Shown here in pieces: positions 56,827 to 64,000 of a DNA stretch of 64,000 bases. Every line of letters begins with the position of its first letter. Within the stretch, counting starts at the first letter, position 1. The position numbers and the translations under genes are program-made. Origin of the DNA: Candidatus Latescibacterota bacterium (GTDB lineage Bacteria > Latescibacterota > UBA2968); contig OZ242195.1 in assembly GCA_965205975.1 (NCBI GenBank), positions 4,224,001-4,288,000 of the forward strand, written 5' to 3'. The notes under the pieces are model-generated. The model saw nothing but the letters and a program-made list of their open reading frames with translations, was not told the DNA's origin and did not search any database.

Positions 56827-57741
56827 ATGGCAGATATTGACACCATCTCCAAATACCTCATTCAACACTATCCCGATCACTTCGCTCATTTTGCTCTCGC
56901 ACGAGACGATGTCGAGGTCATTGAAGTCATTGACACAGAGCAACCCACGGTGGAAGCCCGTCGCAGCGACAGTTTCATTCGCGTGCGAATCGGTGACGAA
57001 GAAGTATTGGTACACCATGAATTTCAAACCACCGATAGTACCAATCCGCCTATGCCGCGTCGCATGGCAGGGTATATCGGACGCGCCATTGAGCATCACG
57101 GTTTGCCGATCTATTCCAATGTGATCTACCTGCGTCCCAATGCGGGGCAGAACGATCCAGGGCACTATATTCAGGAGTGTTCCGGCTACCAAATTGTAAT
57201 TCAATACAAGGTGATCCGGCTGATTGAGATAGAAGGCGAGCGCGTCCTCGAATCGGGGCAATCGGGTCTGATTCCTTTCACGCCATTGATGAAACCACCT
57301 GAGGGGATGGCCTCAGAAGCGTGGTTAAATCGGTGTATTCACACGGCTCAGACGCGCCGCATAGAACGGACGCGCAAGTCCAATTATCTGGCAGGCATGG
57401 CGGTTTTGAGTGAGTTGGTTTACGCGCCTGAAATTGTTTCTGAAATCATTATGAAGGAGGGTCTCATGGATTTGATCCGCGAATCATCTCTTATTCAATA
57501 CTTTAAGCAAGAAGGCAGAGAGGAAGGCATTGAGCAGGGTATTGCGCGAGGGGAAAGAAAAAGCACGCTTGAAGCGATCCGCGATGTGTTGGAGATTCGC
57601 TTTGGTCTGACCGAGACGCATCCCATATCTGACCGCATTGCGGCTGTTGACAATGTGCAGCAACTCAAGCAGTTGCATCGTGTGGCGATACAGGTGTCCG
57701 ATCTTGATGAATTTGGACGCCTTTTAGATTCAATGGCGTGA
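56827..57741 (+). CDS. Rpn/YhgA-like PD-(D/E)XK nuclease
   Basis: RRSDSF, HHEFQT, MPRRMAGY, VIYL, EGREEGIEQG, RFG. Confidence 0.82.
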   Translation: MADIDTISKYLIQHYPDHFAHFALARDDVEVIEVIDTEQPTVEARRSDSFIRVRIGDEEVLVHHEFQTTDSTNPPMPRRMAGYIGRAIEHHGLPIYSNVIYLRPNAGQNDPGHYIQECSGYQIVIQYKVIRLIEIEGERVLESGQSGLIPFTPLMKPPEGMASEAWLNRCIHTAQTRRIERTRKSNYLAGMAVLSELVYAPEIVSEIIMKEGLMDLIRESSLIQYFKQEGREEGIEQGIARGERKSTLEAIRDVLEIRFGLTETHPISDRIAAVDNVQQLKQLHRVAIQVSDLDEFGRLLDSMA

Positions 57742-57759
57742 CGCGATTGCCCCACAAAC

Positions 57760-57951
57760 TCAAATGTCGTTGTACATCTCAGGGTCCGGGTCAATTTCCA
57801 CGACTTTGCCATCGCGCATGACCACAACTTTAGTGCCGGTCTGGTGCGCGATCAGGTGTGCGCGTTTTGCGGCTCGTATAAGCGCGGCTGTCACGCCTTC
57901 TTCATCGTTGTTGAACTTTGGTAGCTCTTTTTCAGACGGTTGTTTCATCAT
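57760..57951 (-). CDS. Small partner protein (putative antitoxin)
   Basis: AALIRAAKRA..AHQTGT.VVVMRDGKVV; overlaps the ATPase 3' end. Confidence 0.7.
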   Translation of the reverse strand: MMKQPSEKELPKFNNDEEGVTAALIRAAKRAHLIAHQTGTKVVVMRDGKVVEIDPDPEMYNDI

Positions 57952-58465
57952 CGTTTTTTTTCTCCAGAAGGATGGGTATTGTGCCGCTGTTATTATAGTA
58001 AAACCAATCGTCAACGCAATGTCGGTAAATGTTCTGAAAGTTTCGCAAGCCCGCGTGAAAACGACGACGTATAACGGCTTCTGGAACATCATGCCCGCCC
58101 TGATTTACACGCGATTTTACGCGCGTGATCGCTTCTTCGGGCGTTGCAAGAGACAGAAATATGAGCTTTACTGTGTAATCATCAGCACGCCATTGGCGGA
58201 TCCTTCTCACATAACCCCGGCCGGATAGCGTCGTTTCAAAGGCGAAATCCCTGCCTGCACGGGCGTGGTTGTCAATTTCCTCCAGCATCAGCCGCCCGGC
58301 GCGGATGGCCGCGTCAGCGGGACGAAAGGGAGATAGCCCCGCTGCTATCAGGTCGGCGTTGACGAAAATAGGGCAATCCGCTTCGTTGGGCAAATACTCC
58401 TGCCCAAAGGTTGTTTTGCCAACTCCGTTTGGCCCCGCGATGATAATGATTTTCTTAGCCTTCAT
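57932..58465 (-). CDS. Zeta-toxin-like P-loop kinase/ATPase
   Basis: IAGPNGVGKTT, VNADLIA, FETTLSG, RV..GGHDVP, RRF. Confidence 0.88.
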   Translation of the reverse strand: MKAKKIIIIAGPNGVGKTTFGQEYLPNEADCPIFVNADLIAAGLSPFRPADAAIRAGRLMLEEIDNHARAGRDFAFETTLSGRGYVRRIRQWRADDYTVKLIFLSLATPEEAITRVKSRVNQGGHDVPEAVIRRRFHAGLRNFQNIYRHCVDDWFYYNNSGTIPILLEKKNDDETTV

Positions 58466-58483
58466 GCATCTTCCCAGCGTTGT

Positions 58484-58670
58484 TTAGCTACCGCTCAATC
58501 TCTTCAATGGTTGGCAGCGATTCGAACAATGGAAATTGTGCAGCAAGTTGCTGCACAATTTCACGCCCGGAATAAAAGCATCGGGCTGGCTTTCACACTT
58601 CAAAGCCTCGTTGGGCTGGCTGAGACAAAGGGATTTGTGCAACGGTGCGTTGCACAATTTGGCAGTCATC
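58484..58670 (-). pseudogene. DUF1016/YhcG remnant
   Basis: Fragments QIVQRTVAQIP, EIVQQLAAQFP and SLPTIEEIER*L. Confidence 0.6.
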
Positions 58671-58715
58671 CCATGCGGCAGCACCTTTCACACTTCACAC
58701 TTCCTACTTCCCTCT

Positions 58716-60782
58716 TCAAATTAGTGTTTCAAAATTCCGCTTAATCGTCGCTGCCAATGATACGGCCTCGCCGTTGAGTTCGTCCAGTTCGTCGTGGATC
58801 TCGCGCAGGGTCTCTGCGAAGTCGAAATTTTCGTCTTCTTCTTCGGGTGCAACGCCGACGTAGCGGCCGGGGGTCAGGCTCCAGTCGTTGGCTTCGATTT
58901 CGGCGCGATCTACCAGTTTGACCAGTCCTTCTACGTCGCAGAGTTTCGCTTCGGGAAATCGCTCGGTGAGCCAGCGTGCCTGCTGGTAGAAGTAGTTTAT
59001 CTGTTTGAGTTGCTCGACAGCGATCTGCCGCGTCTCGTCTGCGGTTCTGCGGGCGCGGGTGATGTCGCTTCTGTTATTGATCGAGGTTTCGCATATATCT
59101 GTTATGCGGGTGGCGAGTTTGTAGAGGCTGTCTGTGCGTTCGGATAGGTCGCGACTAATTTCGATCAGGGGAGTGAATTCTGTTACCTGTTTGTTCAGGT
59201 CGGTGCTGGTATTGGGTGTGGTTTCTGTGATGGCGGTGCAGAATTGCTCAATGGCTTCGGGGAACGCTGTTCGCGCTTTGTCGTATTCGGCGAGGGTTTC
59301 GGCGTGCTGTCCGTTCTTCTGTAAGGTTTTTAGGGATGGTGCGAGCAGGTCGTGCAATTGGGTGAGTGCGTTGACGAAGTCGGGTAGGGGGTGGATGGTT
59401 TCGCCATCTTTGATTTCAAAGCACGCATGGCTTTCTTCCAAAATGCGCTGCAGGTAGTTGGATATTAGACCGATGAATCGGTCGGTTTCGCCGCGATAGA
59501 GATGGACAATGGCGAGGATGTTTTGCTGCTGTTCAGGGCTGAAGTCGTATATTTTGCGCGTGACCTGGCGATAGATGTTGCGGGCGTCGATCATCAGCAC
59601 TTTGTCGCGGTGTGTTTCGGGTTTGGCGCGGTTGAGAAACCACAATTCGCAGGGGACGGTGCGGGTATAGAAAAAGTTGGAGCGAATGGCGATCATGGCT
59701 TCTACATCGCCGGTTTCTACCAGTTTTTGGCGCACTTCGGCTTCGCCGCTGCCAGCACTCGATGCCTGGGAGGACATGACAAAGCCCGCGCGGCCCCTTT
59801 CGTTCAGGTAGCTGTAGAAGTAGCTGATCCAGACGTAGTTGCCGCTGCTGACTTTGTTCTCTTTATTCACGCCGGGCAGGCCGAAGGGCAGGCGAGGGTC
59901 GGTCTTGACTTTGTCGGCGTCGATCTCATCGACATTGAAGGGCGGATTGGCCATTACGTAGTCGGCTTTGCCGAGCAATTCGTGCGGGTCCTCATAGTAG
60001 GTGATGGCCTGGCGGATGTCGCCTTCAAGGCCATGTACTGCGAGATTCATTCTGGCGAGGCGGATGGTGGTGCCGTTTTTTTCTATGCCGCGAAAGGTGA
60101 GTTGTTCGGTGGGATGCTGTCCGTGTTCTTCGACTGTGCGGGCACTTTGCACGAACATGCCGCCAGATCCGCAGGCCGGGTCGAGTACTGTGCCGCTGTT
60201 GGGTTCGAGCACATGGGCGATCAGGGAGACGAGAGAGACGGGGGTGAAGAACTCGCCGTCGTCGTGGGCTTTTTCGTCGGCGAACTGGGTGAGAAAGTAT
60301 TCGTAGATGCGCCCGAAGACATCGCCAGAGACCTGTTTTAGTTCGTCGGGGTTGAGCGTGCGGAGGAGTTGGCCGAGTACGTCGTTGTCCAGTTCCTGGT
60401 ATTCGCTTTTGGGCAATGCACCTTTCAGGCTTTCGTAGTCGGTCTCAATGGATTCCATTGCTTCGATGACGGCTTTGATGCGGTCCTCGCTGTCGGGCAG
60501 GGCGACGAGGTGGTCGAATTGTGCGTTGGGCCGAAGGTAGATGGCGTTTTTCTGGGAGAAGTCCTCTTTGGTGAGTGCTCGTTTTTTACCGCCTCGGGTG
60601 GGAAGGTTGGCTTCAATGTCGTCCTTTACAGACAGGTAGCGGCTGTACGCATAGCGCAGGAATACCAGGCCCATGACCGGGAGAAAGTATTCGTTGCTGG
60701 CATAAGGGGAGTTGGCCCGCAGAGTATCGGCTGCGCCCCACAGGCGCCTTTCAATGGCTTCGATGTGTTCGAGTTGTGGCAA
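58716..60782 (-). CDS. hsdM: Type I R-M N6-adenine methyltransferase
   Basis: LWGAADTLR, GEFFTP, DPACGSGGM, ANPPFN, SLTPGRYVG. Confidence 0.93.
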   Translation of the reverse strand: MPQLEHIEAIERRLWGAADTLRANSPYASNEYFLPVMGLVFLRYAYSRYLSVKDDIEANLPTRGGKKRALTKEDFSQKNAIYLRPNAQFDHLVALPDSEDRIKAVIEAMESIETDYESLKGALPKSEYQELDNDVLGQLLRTLNPDELKQVSGDVFGRIYEYFLTQFADEKAHDDGEFFTPVSLVSLIAHVLEPNSGTVLDPACGSGGMFVQSARTVEEHGQHPTEQLTFRGIEKNGTTIRLARMNLAVHGLEGDIRQAITYYEDPHELLGKADYVMANPPFNVDEIDADKVKTDPRLPFGLPGVNKENKVSSGNYVWISYFYSYLNERGRAGFVMSSQASSAGSGEAEVRQKLVETGDVEAMIAIRSNFFYTRTVPCELWFLNRAKPETHRDKVLMIDARNIYRQVTRKIYDFSPEQQQNILAIVHLYRGETDRFIGLISNYLQRILEESHACFEIKDGETIHPLPDFVNALTQLHDLLAPSLKTLQKNGQHAETLAEYDKARTAFPEAIEQFCTAITETTPNTSTDLNKQVTEFTPLIEISRDLSERTDSLYKLATRITDICETSINNRSDITRARRTADETRQIAVEQLKQINYFYQQARWLTERFPEAKLCDVEGLVKLVDRAEIEANDWSLTPGRYVGVAPEEEDENFDFAETLREIHDELDELNGEAVSLAATIKRNFETLI

Positions 60783-60818
60783 GGTTCTTTTCCTTTTTTG
60801 TTTTTGCTCTCTGCGATA

Positions 60819-62858
60819 TCAGGAACGATAACTGAACAAACTCTTTATTTTATTTAATTTGCCAGGCGGGTAGAGATTATGGCCTATAAATCTCTGCAAG
60901 CTGGTCTTATGCAAAATCGTTGTGTCGCCGTGGCTGGCGTCCTGGTCAATTAAGGTAGAGGGAACATCCTCCCAGTTGAATGCACGTCTCCCAAAGGCAT
61001 CGCGTGGTTCCCAGACGATGACTTTCTCGCCGTCAATTGTCCATCCTTTGGATGCCTCGCCTTCTTTTTTTACATAGGACGCCGGGCGCAATAGGCTTTC
61101 GAGGGCTGCTTTGACTCTGTCGTATCGCTTTTCTGCATAGTTTTGCCAGGTTATTTTGCGACACCATTCGGGCGGTGTTTTGCCTGTTCCTTCAGATATG
61201 ATGTCGCTTATAACCTGAGATGAAATCGCCAGCCAATCGTCCGGGAGATGACCGGGGGCCATGCGATCCATAATTTCTGAGAGGTATCGTTTATAGAGAT
61301 GTCCCGTCAGACTGTTGCGTATCTTCTGTACATCGCCTTGCAAACGCTGCCGGGTTTCCTCTTCGTGAGAGGGCAGCGCAGTTGTGGTGTATATCATCAG
61401 GCTGCGCTTGACGATTTCGTCGGGAAATGATTGGGGTTCCGCATTCATTGCGAGTATAAAGCACGGATATTCGGAAACTGGGGGTTGTAATTCCTCTTTG
61501 ATCATGTCCTTGCCGTACTGGTTGAAGGCGCGTTGTCCTATATCATCAAACACAACGGGAAAGCGTTTGTACGACGCTTGCAATCCGCGAAGTCGGGATG
61601 TGGTGAAACTCCGTTTTTCCACTGTGTTGGTGCAACTGAACATGGATGTCATAAGCGTATCAATCAGGCTGGTCTTGCCACAGTTGGATTTGCCAAAGAC
61701 GATGCCAAAGGAAGGAAAGCGGACCACATCGCTGTCTTGCACCAGGGCAAGTGATCGCATGTCGCACATGAAGGGGGAGAAATACAACCACGCCATCAAG
61801 GTGAAGTAATCCCGTTGCAGCCGTTTCACATCTCCTTCAAAGGCGGCATAGTTCTCGAAGTATTCCAGGAGCAGACGCGCATCTGTTTTTACCGAATCGC
61901 TATCCCATTCCAGCGGGAATATCTCGTCCGATAGGGTGGCCTGGTGCGTGGTTCTGTCGATATGGAAGTCGCGCGTATCGACTTCTTCGGCTGACTTGAC
62001 GAGGACCACGCGATTGATCTGGCGTTTGATGTTCTGGGTGATGCGTTGCTTCCCATTGCGTATGGGAGGCATGACCGATGATAGCGCGGGACCGAGAGAG
62101 GCAAGGACCTTCTCTACGCGCTCTACTTGAGCCGGAAAGGAGGTTTCGACTTCATTGGGTGCAGGTGGCTCAATTATGAGGGTGGCCGGTCCATTGTTTA
62201 TAGATGGGGTTTCCTGAATTTCTATTTCTGACCGCGTTATTTTCTCATCGGGTAGCTCGATTTCGTCTGATGCGGAGTCCCGGATGGTGTTGAACATATT
62301 GTTGTAGTGTTCCCATGCTTTCTCATCATTGTCGAACATGACCAGCGTCTCTGGTTGATCGCCGGAAAATGCCCGTTCCGAGAGATTGGCGGATCCGATT
62401 ATTACTCGTTTTCGGCCATCTGCATTGGATAGCAGGTAGAGCTTTGCGTGGGCTATGGACTTTCTCAAGACTCTGAAGTGGGCTTGTCCCGCATGTACCT
62501 TTTCGAGAATTTGTATGTGCCGTTCGTCTTTGAGGTTCATGATTGCGGCGCGAGTATCGCCGACCACTGTCTTCTGAAACGCGAGAATGTCTTTCATGTC
62601 GCGGATAATGCCTTCATAGCCGAATACGCATTCGAAGGTCGTGAAAGCGTATTTATCGAGCATTCTAAGGATGGCATCCACGCTTACTGAATAGGTCAAC
62701 ACCCGCAGGCTGTCGAATCCATCAAATACGTCCCAGTCGAATTTCTTCTCTGAGTTGAATTTCGCGCTGACCACACGAAGGCCACTTCCGTCATCCATTC
62801 CGAATGATATCTGGCTCTCGCTAGAGTCGTCGAACAGCATGTTTTGCCGGGTATCCAT
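60819..62858 (-). CDS. PLD (NgoFVII/BfiI-like) nuclease fused to a P-loop NTPase
   Basis: HAKLYLL..IIGSANLS..QPE; Walker A GKSNCGKT, Walker B VVFDD, sensor-like ILAMN. Confidence 0.78.
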   Translation of the reverse strand: MDTRQNMLFDDSSESQISFGMDDGSGLRVVSAKFNSEKKFDWDVFDGFDSLRVLTYSVSVDAILRMLDKYAFTTFECVFGYEGIIRDMKDILAFQKTVVGDTRAAIMNLKDERHIQILEKVHAGQAHFRVLRKSIAHAKLYLLSNADGRKRVIIGSANLSERAFSGDQPETLVMFDNDEKAWEHYNNMFNTIRDSASDEIELPDEKITRSEIEIQETPSINNGPATLIIEPPAPNEVETSFPAQVERVEKVLASLGPALSSVMPPIRNGKQRITQNIKRQINRVVLVKSAEEVDTRDFHIDRTTHQATLSDEIFPLEWDSDSVKTDARLLLEYFENYAAFEGDVKRLQRDYFTLMAWLYFSPFMCDMRSLALVQDSDVVRFPSFGIVFGKSNCGKTSLIDTLMTSMFSCTNTVEKRSFTTSRLRGLQASYKRFPVVFDDIGQRAFNQYGKDMIKEELQPPVSEYPCFILAMNAEPQSFPDEIVKRSLMIYTTTALPSHEEETRQRLQGDVQKIRNSLTGHLYKRYLSEIMDRMAPGHLPDDWLAISSQVISDIISEGTGKTPPEWCRKITWQNYAEKRYDRVKAALESLLRPASYVKKEGEASKGWTIDGEKVIVWEPRDAFGRRAFNWEDVPSTLIDQDASHGDTTILHKTSLQRFIGHNLYPPGKLNKIKSLFSYRS

Positions 62859-62902
62859 TTTTCCAATTCTCCGTCATATTGACCTTTGGTCGTAAGATTC
62901 TT

Positions 62903-63646
62903 CTACAACTTCATCGCCTCGGGAATAATCTCCAGCATGAACGCAATGAATGGCGTGCTTTCGCCTTCTGACGAACTCTGTCTGATAGCTTTGTAGTAGT
63001 CGCTTTGTCGGGCATGGACCAGGCTTTCTACGGGGATGTGGGCGAACAGAGGTTTCCAGCGAGTCAGTATCAGGGTTTGCCAGAGTCGTCCCATCCGTCC
63101 GTTGCCATCCTCAAAGGGGTGAATGAACTCAAATTCGTAGTGGAAGACAGAACTGGCGATTAGTGGATGCTCATCGGTGCTGCCCAGCCATGCCAGCAAG
63201 TTTGCCATGAGTTGCGGTACGCGTCCGGGAGGCGGGCCGATGTGATGGACTTCGCCGCCGCCCATCACGCCAATGTCTTTGCGGCGATATTGTCCGGGTG
63301 CATCCAATAGACCGATCATCAGGATTTCGTGAGCACGCAGCAGGTCGGCTTCACTGGCGGGGTTCCACTGCTGGTATTGGTCGTAGGCTTTGATGGCGTT
63401 GCGGGCTTCCTGTATGTCTCTGAGTGGCGCTATGACTGGCTCGCCGTCGAGTATTGTGGAGACCTGTTCTTCGCTGAGGATATTGCCTTCAATGGCGAGG
63501 GATCCGCGAATCGTGAGGATGCGATTGATGCGTCGTAGGCGCAAGTCCTGCGAGATGCCCGTCGCGCGGCCAATCGCTTCACCGATTTCTTCAATGCGAA
63601 AGAGAATGTCCGGCGTGATTGTGTATGGTGGTTTTTCGATTTTCAT
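62903..63646 (-). CDS. Fic family protein, probably lacking its C-terminal HTH
   Basis: SLAIEGN, HPFEDGNGRMGR. Confidence 0.88.
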   Translation of the reverse strand: MKIEKPPYTITPDILFRIEEIGEAIGRATGISQDLRLRRINRILTIRGSLAIEGNILSEEQVSTILDGEPVIAPLRDIQEARNAIKAYDQYQQWNPASEADLLRAHEILMIGLLDAPGQYRRKDIGVMGGGEVHHIGPPPGRVPQLMANLLAWLGSTDEHPLIASSVFHYEFEFIHPFEDGNGRMGRLWQTLILTRWKPLFAHIPVESLVHARQSDYYKAIRQSSSEGESTPFIAFMLEIIPEAMKL

Positions 63647-63751
63647 TGTTTATATAGGGTGGTCGATATTGCAAAGTAGGTCTGCATCAATGTACTGAAT
63701 CATGCGAGATTGCGCCACCCTTCATATTGTGATTTAGCGGTTAAAACCATG

Positions 63752-63847
63752 TGGATCGCGGCTCAACATCATGCCGCGATGACGAGAGCCTTTCACTTCA
63801 CACTTCTCACCTCACAGTGAACTGGTCTGAACTGCGACCAGTTGTAC
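63752..63847. repeat. CGTC-type REP, 7-mer repeats and AACTGGTC-N8-GACCAGTT palindrome
   Basis: TGGATCGCGGC..GCCGCGATGACG, ACTTCAC repeats, TGAACTGGTCTGAACTGCGACCAGTTGTAC. Confidence 0.7.
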
Positions 63848-63932
63848 ATCGTTTCACACTTTCCTTCATGCGAGCAATCGCGTATGTTGGGGGCGAGATC
63901 GCGTAATTTTACGAGGAGCAAAGGAGCGTTTT

Positions 63933-64000
63933 ATGGAATGGAATTTTGAACAGGTGGCGGGTCCGTTTGGTTTTACCGAGGGTCCGGTGTGGGTAGGCGA
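63933..64000 (+). CDS. SMP-30/gluconolactonase family, 5' fragment
   Basis: AAGGAG RBS; MEWNFEQVAGPFGFTEGPVW. Confidence 0.7.
   Translation, partial: MEWNFEQVAGPFGFTEGPVWVG

Noticed and set aside
43474..63700. Integron cassette array or prophage
   Set aside because: No integrase, no recurring attC pattern and no phage structural genes were seen

Overview
Bacterial chromosome segment, about 52% GC by eye, with a G/T-rich + strand. Gene content (DUF6785 membrane protein, sulfatases, phytanoyl-CoA dioxygenase, dockerin/EF-hand protein, many REP-like palindromes) resembles Latescibacterota/Gemmatimonadota/Poribacteria-type symbionts; this is inference only. Positions 1-43.4 kb are mostly catabolic and housekeeping genes: sulfatases, sugar isomerases, glgC, epmA, a TonB receptor, and a class Ic (Mn/Fe) ribonucleotide reductase. 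An ABC-ATPase + DUF4276/TOPRIM pair separates nrdA from nrdB and sits behind a consensus promoter with tandem NrdR-like boxes. Positions 43.5-63.7 kb form a defence island built on a type I R-M scaffold (hsdM...hsdS...hsdR). Its cargo includes a PLD-nuclease/P-loop fusion, Fic, a zeta-like ATPase pair, an Rpn with an internal start, an Xre-RES toxin-antitoxin pair, an OLD nuclease, KTSC, a HipA kinase + HIRAN pair, a nested IS-in-IS with exact target-site duplications, and many small gene scars. No rRNA, tRNA or CRISPR array was seen. All family names come from motif recognition, not database searches.
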